From Candidatus Multivorans sp. (GTDB lineage: Bacteria > Acidobacteriota > Thermoanaerobaculia > Multivoradales > Multivoraceae), in contig OZ251997.1 of the NCBI GenBank assembly GCA_965247095.1, positions 1 to 64,000 on the forward strand: 64,000 bases of DNA. Direction: 5' to 3'. The stretch's first letter is position 1, and every line of letters begins with the position of its first letter. Positions 9,429 through 19,040 of this stretch are shown piece after piece. The notes below the pieces were generated by a model, which had not been told where the DNA came from, made no database searches, and worked only from the letters and a program-made list of their open reading frames with translations. A program made the translations under genes and the position numbers.

Positions 9429-11595
9429 GGCGCGTAGTGTACGCGGGTTGCCGGCAGGGTTGGCGCTCTTGGTAGCAGCGGCCGCCGCCAGCGTCGGCGC
9501 GCAGCCACCGGACGCCCCGGTGAGCGTCTTCACCGCTGAGCAGGCGGAGCGCGGGCGGACGCTCTACGAGGAGATCTGCGTCGAATGCCACCTCTCGACC
9601 CTGGCCGGCGCGAGCGAGGCGCCGCCTCTGCGTGGCCTGAGCTTTCTCGATGCCTGGCGAGCCGGCGCCGTGGTCGATCTCGCGGACACGATCCGGGTCA
9701 CGATGCCGCCGGAGAACCGGAACTCTCTCCAGCCGCAGCAGACCTACGATCTCGCCGCCTTCGTGCTCCGGGCGAACGGCGCTGTGGCCGGCGATGAACC
9801 CCTGGTGGCCGATGCGCCGGGCTTGAGCGCGGTGCTGGACAGCCTGGGCCTGGGCGGCGCCGCGGCGTCCGCCCCCGCCGCGGCGCCTGCCGCCGTCGCG
9901 GACCGCAACCGGCGCGGCCCGGTCGAGGCGGCCGAGGAGGAGTACGTCAGGCCTCCCGGGGAGCGCGAGATCGAGGACTTCGAACCGGTGACGGCTGAGA
10001 TGCTGCTCGACCCGGCTCCGGGCGACTGGTTGATGTTCCGGCGCACCTACGACGGCCAGGGCCACAGCCCGCTCGATCAGGTCGACGCGGGCAACGTCGG
10101 CGAGCTGCGCCTGGCCTGGTCCTGGGCGATGGCCGACGGCGTGAACCAGCCGACGCCGCTGGTCTACCGCGGCGTGATGTACCTGGCCAACCCGCGCAAC
10201 ATCATCCAGGCGCTCGAGGCTGACACCGGCACGCTGATCTGGGAGTACCGGCGTTCGCTGACCGGAGACGCGGCGCGCGGGTTCAACCAGCTCCGGAACC
10301 TGGCGATCTGGGACGACAAGATCTTCGTCGCCACCAAGGACGCGGCGATGCTCGCGCTCGACGCTCGGAGCGGGCGGCCGCGCTGGGAGACGCAGATCGC
10401 CGATCCGGCGAAGCGCTACTCCAACACCAGCGGTCCGATCGTGGTCGACGGTCTGGTGATCAACGGCATCAACGGCTGCATCCGCTACTACGAGGAGAGT
10501 TGCTTCATCACCGCCCACGACGCGGAAACCGGCGAGGAGCGATGGCGCACGTACACGATCGCCCGGCCCGGCGAGCCGGGAGGCGACACCTGGGGCGATC
10601 TGCCGCTCATGCTGCGAGGCGGCGGCGACTCGTGGATTCCAGGCAGCTACGACCCGGAGCTCGAGCTGCTCTACTGGCCGGTGGCGCAGGCCAAACCCTG
10701 GGTGCCGGCGAGCCGCGGGCTGACCATCGACCATCAGGTCCTCTACACGAACTCGACCCTGGTGCTGCAGCCCGATGACGGGGCGATCGCCTTCTACCGC
10801 CAGCACGTGCCCGGCGAGGCCCTCGACCTGGACGAGGCCTTCGAGCAGGTGCTGATCGACCGCGGCGGACGCCGGCTCCTGCTCACCTCCGGCAAGCACG
10901 GGATCCTGTGGAAGCTCGATCGTGTGGACGCCTCCTTCGTGGCTCTCAAGGAGATGGTGTTCCAGAACGTCTTCGACCACATCGACCGCGAGACCGGGGA
11001 AGTTCGCTACCGGGAGGACATCGCCTCGGCCGGGATCGGGGAGTGGGTCTCGGTCTGCCCCAGCACCGCGGGCGGCCACAACTGGCAGGCCTCCTCCTAC
11101 AGCCCGCCGCACGGGCTCCTGGTGGTGCCGCTGAGCCAGAGCTGCCTCGACATCTCGGGCCGCGAGGTCCGGTTCGAGGAGGGGTCGGGCGGCGTGCAGG
11201 CGGACCGCAAGTGGTTCGAGATGCCCGGTACGGAGGGGCGGCTCGGCAAGTTGGCGGCTTACGACGTGGACACGATGGAGGAGGTCTGGAGCGTCGAGCA
11301 ACGGCCGGCCTTCCTGACCGCGGCGCTGACCACCGGCGGCGGCGTCGTTTTCGCAGGCGACATCGATCGCCGCTTCCGGGCCTGGGACACGGCGACGGGC
11401 CGCGAACTCTGGGGGACTCGCCTGCCGACCTCGGTACAGGGCTTCCCGATCAGCTACGAGGTCGACGGCGTCCAGTACGTGGCGGTCCCCACCGGACTCG
11501 GCGGCGGCAGTCCGCGCTTCGTGCCGGCCAGGGTCAGTCCCGAGATCCGCTATCCCAGCAGCGGCAACGGCCTGTTCGTGTTCCGGCTGCCCTGA
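9427..11595 (+). CDS. Periplasmic PQQ-dependent dehydrogenase with N-terminal cytochrome c domain
   Basis: Signal peptide, CVECH heme motif, TMPP distal Met, [21 protein letters not shown], Trp-docking repeats, [25 protein letters not shown]. Confidence 0.9.
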   Translation: MARSVRGLPAGLALLVAAAAASVGAQPPDAPVSVFTAEQAERGRTLYEEICVECHLSTLAGASEAPPLRGLSFLDAWRAGAVVDLADTIRVTMPPENRNSLQPQQTYDLAAFVLRANGAVAGDEPLVADAPGLSAVLDSLGLGGAAASAPAAAPAAVADRNRRGPVEAAEEEYVRPPGEREIEDFEPVTAEMLLDPAPGDWLMFRRTYDGQGHSPLDQVDAGNVGELRLAWSWAMADGVNQPTPLVYRGVMYLANPRNIIQALEADTGTLIWEYRRSLTGDAARGFNQLRNLAIWDDKIFVATKDAAMLALDARSGRPRWETQIADPAKRYSNTSGPIVVDGLVINGINGCIRYYEESCFITAHDAETGEERWRTYTIARPGEPGGDTWGDLPLMLRGGGDSWIPGSYDPELELLYWPVAQAKPWVPASRGLTIDHQVLYTNSTLVLQPDDGAIAFYRQHVPGEALDLDEAFEQVLIDRGGRRLLLTSGKHGILWKLDRVDASFVALKEMVFQNVFDHIDRETGEVRYREDIASAGIGEWVSVCPSTAGGHNWQASSYSPPHGLLVVPLSQSCLDISGREVRFEEGSGGVQADRKWFEMPGTEGRLGKLAAYDVDTMEEVWSVEQRPAFLTAALTTGGGVVFAGDIDRRFRAWDTATGRELWGTRLPTSVQGFPISYEVDGVQYVAVPTGLGGGSPRFVPARVSPEIRYPSSGNGLFVFRLP

Positions 11596-11621
11596 TGTGC
11601 CCTTCGTTATAGTTCCCGGCC

Positions 11622-12437
11622 ATGCAAAGGAACGGCTTGGCCGTGTCGCTGCCGGCGATGCTGCTTCTCGTTGTGGCTGCCGGCGCGCAGTCGCAGGACG
11701 GCGCTTACCAGGCGCCGCGGACGCCGGACGGCGATCCGGATCTGAACGGCATTTGGCAAACGATGAACAGCGCCCACTGGGACCTTGAAGGTCACCACGC
11801 GCGGCGCACTCCGGTGCCGGAGTACGGCGCTTTCGGAGCGATTCCGGCCGGGCTGAGCGTGGTTGTCGGCGGCAGCATTCCGTACCAGGACTGGGCGCTC
11901 GAGCAGCGCAACGCGAACCGGGCGGACTGGTTGAACCTGGACCCGGCGGCGAAGTGCTTCATACCCGGCATTCCGCGCGCCACCTACATGCCGCTGCCGT
12001 TCCAGATCGTGCAGACGCCGAAGGCGGTCTTCTTTGCTTACGAATGGGGCGGCAACAGCCGCGCGGTCCGCCTGGACCGGCCCGGCGCCAGGGCGGAACT
12101 GCCGTCCTGGATGGGGTACTCGCTGGGCCGCTTCGAGGGCGACACCCTGGTCGTCGAGGTCACCGACCAGGTGGCCGACACCTGGTTCGACGCCTCGGGC
12201 AACTTCCACAGCGAGGAGCTCAGGGTTGTAGAGCGGTTCACTCCCACGGGACCGAACTCGATGAACTACGAGGCGACAATCATCGATCCGAACGTGTTCA
12301 ACGAGCCGTGGACGATCAGCATGCCCCTCTATCGCCGGCTGGAAGAGAACGCGCGCCTGCTCGAGTTCAAGTGCATTCCCCTCGGCGGAGAGGACGCGGC
12401 CTATGGTCATCTGCGCCGGGGAGCGACGCCGCAGTAA
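11622..12437 (+). CDS. Secreted protein, shorter member of the 'PDLxGxW' family
   Basis: Signal peptide, PRTPDGDPDLNGIW, DPAAKCFIPGIPR, WMGYSLGRFEGDTLVV, ERFT, LLEFKC. Confidence 0.85.
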   Translation: MQRNGLAVSLPAMLLLVVAAGAQSQDGAYQAPRTPDGDPDLNGIWQTMNSAHWDLEGHHARRTPVPEYGAFGAIPAGLSVVVGGSIPYQDWALEQRNANRADWLNLDPAAKCFIPGIPRATYMPLPFQIVQTPKAVFFAYEWGGNSRAVRLDRPGARAELPSWMGYSLGRFEGDTLVVEVTDQVADTWFDASGNFHSEELRVVERFTPTGPNSMNYEATIIDPNVFNEPWTISMPLYRRLEENARLLEFKCIPLGGEDAAYGHLRRGATPQ

Positions 12438-12480
12438 GGGCGCAGGGTCAATGCCTGAAGAGTCGGAAGGAGTCGAACGA

Positions 12481-13656
12481 ATGAAGCACCTACCCTGGGA
12501 ACCCGAGTGGCGCGATCCCGCTCCACCCGCGAACCACTCCGTGCGCCCGTCATCGGGCGCACGGATGGAACGCGGGCGTCTCGCCCGCATCCGCTTGCCG
12601 CTCGCGAGTGTTGTCTGCATGCTGGTCCCGATCTTCCTGGCCGGAACGGCAGTTGCCGCAGAGGAAGCGGACCTTGTGACCTCCTGGGGCGTACCCGATC
12701 TCCAGGGCACCTGGGACTTCCGCTCGATCACACCGCTCGAGCGGCCGGCCGCCTTCGGCGACAAGGCGACCCTGACCGCCGAAGAGGCGTCGGCCTGGGA
12801 GCAGCGGCGCAAGGAAGAACGCGCCGCGCGCGCGGCGCAGGGCGGCGGGGATGTCGATCCCAGCCAGGGCGATGTGGACGTGGGCTACAACGCCTTCTGG
12901 CTCGATCTGGGCGAGAAGGTGTCCGGCACCATGCGGACCTCCCTGGTCGTCGATCCGCCGAACGGCCGTCTGCCGGCGCTCACTGATGATGCCCGGCGTC
13001 GCTACGACGAACGCTATGCGCTCTGGGGCCAAGCCCCGGCCGGCCCGGAGGAGCGGAACACGTTCGAGCGCTGCATCCTCGGATTCAACGCCGGTCCTCC
13101 GATGACCCCGGGCGCGTACAACAACATGATGGAGATCTTCCAGTCGCCGGGCTACGTCGCCATCATGACCGAGATGATCAACGACCACCGGGTGATCCCG
13201 ACCGACGGCCGCCAGCACGCCGAAGAGCACATGCGCTTCTGGAAGGGAGACTCGTCCGGCGTTTGGGAGGGCGACACCTTCGTTGTGACGACGAAGAACT
13301 ACACCGAGCACACGGCGTTTCGCGGCACCGGCGAGAACCTCGTGCTGACCGAGCGCTTCACCCGCACCGGGCCGGACGCGCTGCTCTACGAGTACACCGT
13401 CGTCGACCCCGAGTCGTACGAGGCGTCCTGGTCAACCGCACTCGAGATGCGGCGGACCGACGATCCGCTCCTCGAGTACGCCTGCCACGAAGGCAACCGC
13501 GCCATGACCATGATGCTCCGCGGCGCCCGCCACCGCGAACAGGAAGGCAAGGCCGAGGATGGCAAGGACTGGCTGGCGAGCTGGTACGGCGGCCAGAACC
13601 GGGTCGACGCGGCGAAGAAGGCGCTGGAGGCGGCGAAGGAAGAGCAGGACCAGTAG
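12481..13656 (+). CDS. Secreted protein of the 'PDLxGxW...EYACHEGN' family, with a REP element in its N-terminal region
   Basis: AAGGAG RBS, ATG 12481; PDLQGTW, RTSLVVDPP, ERC, GDSSGVWEGDT, EYACHEGN; true start uncertain. Confidence 0.85.
   Translation: MKHLPWEPEWRDPAPPANHSVRPSSGARMERGRLARIRLPLASVVCMLVPIFLAGTAVAAEEADLVTSWGVPDLQGTWDFRSITPLERPAAFGDKATLTAEEASAWEQRRKEERAARAAQGGGDVDPSQGDVDVGYNAFWLDLGEKVSGTMRTSLVVDPPNGRLPALTDDARRRYDERYALWGQAPAGPEERNTFERCILGFNAGPPMTPGAYNNMMEIFQSPGYVAIMTEMINDHRVIPTDGRQHAEEHMRFWKGDSSGVWEGDTFVVTTKNYTEHTAFRGTGENLVLTERFTRTGPDALLYEYTVVDPESYEASWSTALEMRRTDDPLLEYACHEGNRAMTMMLRGARHREQEGKAEDGKDWLASWYGGQNRVDAAKKALEAAKEEQDQ
12494..12593 (+). repeat. Long composite REP-like element inside the 5' end of a CDS
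   Basis: Close match to 7173-7271 (reverse complement); reads open in the CDS frame. Confidence 0.85.
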
Positions 13657-13781
13657 GGGGATTGACGCGAACAGGACGGTTGGTTTCGCGCAAAGGTCTT
13701 GTACTTCGTGGCCAACTCCGAACTCGTGAGAGAGAAATGGGCCACTCCTGTGGACGTGCGGCCGGATTGGTTCTTCTAGCC

Positions 13782-14285
13782 ATGTTGAGAGTCCTCAACG
13801 GCAACATCTTCGCCAGTGAGCGGCAGACGCTGGTGAATGCTGTGAACTGCGTTGGCGTGATGGGGGCGGGCATCGCCCTGGAGTTCAAGCTCCGCTACCC
13901 GGCTATGTTTCTGAGGTACGAGTCGTTGTGCCGGCAAGGCCGGATGGAGATCGGCAAGTTGTGGCTCTACAAGCCGGATCCGGGGAGCGACCAGCCGTGG
14001 GTGCTCAATTTTCCGACGAAGAGGCACTGGCGGTTGCCGTCCAAGGACGACCTTATCGACTCGCTCAAGTCCAGTTTCCGGGGGGTGGCCGCCCGTGATC
14101 TGGCCACGCTAACCGGCATCGAAGTGAGACACGTAGGGGCCATACAACGCGCCCTGGAACGGAGCGACGTGCGTTCCGTCAGCCAACTGGCCTCGACGAA
14201 GGGAATCGGGGAGAAGACCCTGGCCAGGGCCTTCGCTTGGGTGCACGAGCAGGGGCATCCACACCAAATGGGTCTTGGCCTGTAG
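13782..14285 (+). CDS. DarG-like macrodomain protein with C-terminal helix-hairpin-helix; macrodomain apparently internally truncated
   Basis: GNIF, LVNAVNCVGVMGAGIALEFK, VLNFPTKRHWR present; second Gly-rich loop (SIAxPxLGxGxGG) absent; C-terminal KGIGEKT HhH motif. Confidence 0.75.
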   Translation: MLRVLNGNIFASERQTLVNAVNCVGVMGAGIALEFKLRYPAMFLRYESLCRQGRMEIGKLWLYKPDPGSDQPWVLNFPTKRHWRLPSKDDLIDSLKSSFRGVAARDLATLTGIEVRHVGAIQRALERSDVRSVSQLASTKGIGEKTLARAFAWVHEQGHPHQMGLGL

Positions 14286-14368
14286 CGCGCCGTTGCCGGA
14301 GGGCGTATGATCCGCCGAGATCAAGGTCCTGGCGCGGACTGCGCCAGCCAGGCTCTCGAAGGTGGCCC

Positions 14369-14488
14369 ATGACTGACTTCCACTTCTTCATCCTTTTGGC
14401 TGTGGTGTTCATCGCCCTGGAGATCATCGCTGCGTTCGGCGTGCTCGACGACCATGGGCAATCGAGCCGGGCGCCAGGCGATTCCTGA
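14369..14488 (+). CDS. 39-aa single-TM small protein
   Basis: GAAGGT RBS-like site, MTDFHFFILLAVVFIALEIIAAFGV; upstream TATGAT. Confidence 0.4.
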   Translation: MTDFHFFILLAVVFIALEIIAAFGVLDDHGQSSRAPGDS

Positions 14489-14523
14489 CGAGCCGGCATC
14501 GGCGCGTAGGCGCTGAGCCGCTT

Positions 14524-14970
14524 CTACTGCTCGGTCGGATCGGCGCCGTCCCGCGGCGCGCCGGTGCCGGATGAGCCCATGAACAGGCTGCGGCCGTTCG
14601 GGAGTGTCATGTCCCGGCCGCTGCCGCGGCAGTTCGGCGTGCACATCCGGTCCTTGCTCTGGTAGCCGCGGACGACGACCTCGGTGCCGGGCCTTAGCAG
14701 GGTGCGGGTGAGGCCTCGCCGCACCAGGGTGTTCGGGGTGCCCGCCTCGAGCTCCCAGGTCTCGGTTTCGCCGTTGTCCAGGGTGATCTGCACGTGGACC
14801 CAGGCGTGGGGGTTGATCCACTCGACCTTGGTTATCGTGCCCTCCAACTTGATCGACAGGTTGGCGTCGAACTCGGCGGAGAAGGCGTGGTGAGCGGGGG
14901 ACGGGCCGGCCGCGCTCAGGGTCAGGGCGAGAGCGGCCACGGGCAGGACTTGGTGGACTCGTCGGGACAT
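14524..14970 (-). CDS. DUF6152 family secreted protein
   Basis: AGGAGG RBS, signal peptide, then HHAFSAEFD, GTITKVEWINPHAW, W.LE.G.PN.L.RRG. Confidence 0.85.
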   Translation of the reverse strand: MSRRVHQVLPVAALALTLSAAGPSPAHHAFSAEFDANLSIKLEGTITKVEWINPHAWVHVQITLDNGETETWELEAGTPNTLVRRGLTRTLLRPGTEVVVRGYQSKDRMCTPNCRGSGRDMTLPNGRSLFMGSSGTGAPRDGADPTEQ

Positions 14971-15202
14971 CTGAACCTCCTGTTGGGGAGTGATCTTAGT
15001 TCACGCCGGCGCCGGGGCGTCCGATTCGCGCTCGGCTGAACCGAAACCAGGCCACCCTTAGTTTTGGGGGCCATTTGGGGGGCGATGGGTATATCGTTGT
15101 CGCACAGGCCCCCGTGTCTAGCTCGCGATCCGGTTGGTAGGTCGACGCCTGTCTGGCGACGAGCCGCTCATGCATTGTCAGAGCCGGAGTCAAGGAGGCG
15201 AA

Positions 15203-18200
15203 ATGCACTCCACGTCGATGTTGATCCTGCCGACGCTCCTCTGCGTGGCCATGGGGGGAGCTGCCCTCGCTGCCGAGGACCCGAGCGACGCCGCCCCGCC
15301 CGAAGCCTCCGCGGTCTCGCCCGCGACGCCCCCGCCCCAGGAAGACGAAGATCACGACGACGAGGACCACGAGGGCGAGAAGGACGGCGTCCTCGACTTC
15401 CACGCCCACGACGTAGTGGTCGTCACCGGCTCGGCGATTGAGGAACCGGCCGTCGACCTTCCCTACGCGGTCGAGGTGCTGAACCGGGAAGTCCAGAAGG
15501 AGCAGGGGTCGCTGCAGGCGGTAGATCTGTTCAAGAACCTGACCGCCTCGTCCGGCGTCATCGGCGAGGCGAACAGTTGGTACAACGACCAGGGGACGGC
15601 GGTGCCCGAGAGCGTCGCCAACGTGAACCTCTGGGGCCTCGGGGCATCGCGGACCCTGGTGCTGCTCAACGGCCGCCGCCAGACGCCGCTGCCGGCGCGG
15701 TTGTTCGGCGGCCGTTTCGTCGACATCAACGCCTTTCCCTCGATCGCGGTCGACCGCATCGAGGTGCTCAAGGAGGGCGCCGCCGCGATCTACGGTTCGG
15801 ACGCCGTGGCCGGCGTTGCCAACTTCGTCACCCGCGACGAATTCACCGGGTTCGAGGTCTCGCTCTCGCACGAGAGTATCGACGGCGCCGGCGATTCCAT
15901 GGCGGGCGCGATCTGGGGCGGAAAGCTCGGCGGCTCGGATCATCACCTCGTCTTTTCGCTGGAGCGCGCGGAGCGCTCGCATCTCGGCGCCAGGGAGCGG
16001 CCGTTCACGCTCAAGGCGCGCGACACCGGCTGGTTCTGGGGCTGGTCCAACACCGGCAATCCGGGCATCTTCCTGCGCCCGAACCTCACCGGCGGCGAAA
16101 CCTCTTCGGCGTTCGTCGAGGAGCTGGCCCGTTCGCGCAACGGCACGGCCGGCACGGACTACTTCGTCGATCCGGCGTGCAACGGTCTCGGCGGCTATGA
16201 CCGCGGCTTCACCTGCGCCTTCCGCTATCAGCCGTGGGACAGCCTGATCGAGGCGACGGAAACGAACCGGTTCTTCGCCGAGCTGAACGGTCCGCTGGCC
16301 GAGGGCACGAGCTACCACGTGGAGGCTCTGTACGCGCAGTCGATCATCCCGAACTACGTGACCACGCCTTCCTTCCCGCCGGTGTCGCTGCTGGACGGCC
16401 TGCAGGTCGTCCCCAGCATCCACCCCGGGCGGCAGGCGCAGTGCGGTTCGGGCTTCGCTTCCGCCGGCTTCGGCTCGGAGCAGGCGTGTCTCGAGGACGA
16501 CTGGTACTTCTATGGCCGCCTGGTCGGGAACGCGGGCCCTGGACGCGGTCTGCGGCGGGCCACGGACACGACCCGCCTCGCGGCGAATATCGACCACGAC
16601 CTGTCCATCGGCGGCAAGGCGGCCAACCTGGACGTGGGCGTCAGCTACTCGCGGGCCACCGGCAACATGAACCAGCCGGCCGAGTACGCCTATCGCAAGT
16701 TCCTCGCCTTCCGCGGCTACGGCGGCCCGAACTGCGGCGTCGGCGTGGTGGCCGACGTCACGAGCCCCTCTGGCATGCGGCTCGGAGACACCGGTTCGGC
16801 CCAGTCCGGCGTCGGTGACTGCATGTTCTACAACCCGTTCGGCAACGGCATCGAGTCTTCGGCCCAGCCGGGCGCGGCGTGGGAGAACAACCCGAATCCG
16901 ATGTACGTCTCGGGTCTGGAGAACAGCCGGGCGATGCTCGACTGGATCAACGAGCAGGTGGACGTCGACAACGACGCCGAACTCGTCGTCGCCGAGGCGA
17001 CGCTGTCCGGCAACTGGCTGCCTGAGAAGCTCGACTACGCTCTCGGTTACCAGTACCGGCGTCTGGACGTGAGCGCGATCCCGAACGCGGTCGGCAACTA
17101 CGAGCTGAACCCGTGCGTGGTGCCGGGCGACCGGTCCTGCATCGATTCGACCACCGGCAGGCAGACCGGCGCGCGCGCCGGGCCTTCACCTTCTCCTCGG
17201 GCTACTACCCGTACGGCGACTCCCAGGCGGTCCACCGGATGTTCGGCGAGCTGTCGGTCAACGCGCTTGGCGGCGACATGCAGTTCGCGGCGAACTACGA
17301 GCTCCACGACGAGATCGACAGCTTCGATCCGAAGTTCTCGGGCCGCTGGCAGCTCTCGGCGGGCGAAGGTCACGTGCTGTCGTTCCGCACGTCGGTCCAG
17401 ACCACGTTCCGGGCGCCCTCGGTCGACGATCTGAACGAGGAGATTCGCACCACCCTGGAGTACCTGAACACGGTCGGCGTCTACAAGGCGGTCGACGCCT
17501 TCGGCAACCGGGCGCTGAAGCCGGAGCAGGCGTTCACCTACAACCTGGGTCTGGTGCTCTTCGCTTCGCCTGGAATCGACGTCACACTGGACTACTGGAG
17601 CTATGACTTTGAGGACGTGATCGCCCTGCTGCCGCAGCAGGAGGTCGTCCGGCTCTACGCCCGAAGGCTACGGGGGCAACCAGGCGGCGCTCAACGCGGT
17701 CATGGGCCGTGTCGTCTGCCCGGGCGGTCTGGCGGACGGTTCGTGCGATCCCGCGGACATCGAGCGGGTGCGGATCGACCTGATCAACTGGCCGGGAATC
17801 AAGACCTCGGGCTTCGACTTCCATCTGCACGGCCATCTGGACGCGGGCCGGGGCGAGCTCTCCTTTGGCCTGGACAGCACGTACACGAAGAGCTACGAGC
17901 TGAAGGAACTCAGTCGCGACGGCGTCGTCTACCGCGAACGCAAGGACGTGGTCGGCCTGCTGAACCGCGATACGCCGATCGCGCCGCCGCTGCCGGAGAT
18001 GAAGACGCGGGCCTCACTCGGCTATCGCTGGAGTGACTACAGTCTGATCGGTTGGGCCAACCACATCTCGTCCTACGAGGACAGCAACGTGGCCTGGACG
18101 CCGCCCGAGTTGCTGCCGATCGACGAGTGGCTCACGCTCGACATGACGTTCCTGTGGCGTTTCCCACGGCTCGGTTTCGACATCGCCCTGTCGGCGATCA

Positions 18201-18322
18201 ACATGACCGACGCGGAGCCGCCGCTGGTCTTCTTCGAGCAGGCGTTCGACGCCCTGACCGCCAACCCGAAGGGCCGCCGTTTGAAGGCCGTCATGAGCTA
18301 TCGCTTCGGCGGCGGTTCGTAG
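15203..18322 (+). pseudogene. TonB-dependent receptor with two frameshifts (about 17181 and 17661)
   Basis: AAGGAGG RBS, signal peptide, VVVTGS, plug motifs RTLVLLNGRR and RIEVLKEGAAAIYGSDAVAGVANF, FRAPS, LKPE, barrel-type C-terminus; split across three ORFs by a -1 in a G run and a +1 in a C run. Confidence 0.85.
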
Positions 18323-18356
18323 CGGCCGTCCTTCGCCTCACGTCGCCCTCTCGGGC

Positions 18357-18384
18357 CCGATCCGGCGCTGCGCCGCCGGATCGG
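18357..18384 (+). terminator. GC-rich hairpin after the TonB receptor
   Basis: CCGATCCGGCG-N6-CGCCGGATCGG; no clear U-tract. Confidence 0.45.
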
Positions 18385-18425
18385 AAACAGGACCGTCCGT
18401 TGTAGGATCGGCATTTCCGGCGCCG

Positions 18426-19040
18426 ATGCGAGCCGCACTCCGATCCAATACAGGCAGCTCGTTCACGCTCGGAGCGGGCGTGTTGATCTGTGGCCTCTGG
18501 GCGTTCCCGTTGGCGGGTCAGGAGGTCGGTCGCGAGGCGGTCGATCAACCGGCCGAAACCTCCATCGCCGATCGGGTGCGAGCGGACGTCGACGACACGT
18601 CGCTGCGTTGGGTCGGTATCGGGCGCATCAGGTACTCGACGCCGATGCAGTTCTCGGTGGGTGCCGGAGCGGTCGTGGCGCGGGTGCCGTCCAGCCATGA
18701 CTGTGTCGCTTTCTGCGAGTACCGCGGCCTGGTTCTGCATATCGAGCCGGGTTCGGCGGGCGGCCAGCTCGGTGTCGGCTATGCCCGCCTCATCGCTGGT
18801 CGCAGGACGGGTTCACCCTTCCTGAGCAACATCTACGTCGGCTGGAGCGGCCGCGCCGTGTTGCTCCGCACCTGGGGCGACTCGGACCTCGATCCCGCGC
18901 GGCAGACGTTGGCCGGTTTCGAGGCGCAGTTCTCGTTGCCTCGGGTCAGCTTCACCCTCGGCGCGATGCGGCGGATCACCTCAGCCCATCAGGACGCGGA
19001 CAGCTACGTGTACACCGCCGGCATCGGCTGGGGCTTCTGA
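18426..19040 (+). CDS. Hypothetical small outer-membrane beta-barrel-like protein
   Basis: Signal-like N-terminus, alternating beta-strand pattern, C-terminal YTAGIGWGF; stop overlaps next ATG. Confidence 0.6.
   Translation: MRAALRSNTGSSFTLGAGVLICGLWAFPLAGQEVGREAVDQPAETSIADRVRADVDDTSLRWVGIGRIRYSTPMQFSVGAGAVVARVPSSHDCVAFCEYRGLVLHIEPGSAGGQLGVGYARLIAGRRTGSPFLSNIYVGWSGRAVLLRTWGDSDLDPARQTLAGFEAQFSLPRVSFTLGAMRRITSAHQDADSYVYTAGIGWGF

Noticed and set aside
14971-15202. Possible cobalamin or other riboswitch, or G-quadruplex, upstream of the TonB receptor
   Set aside because: No B12-box or other riboswitch consensus recognised, and only three G-tracts; an Rfam scan would be needed
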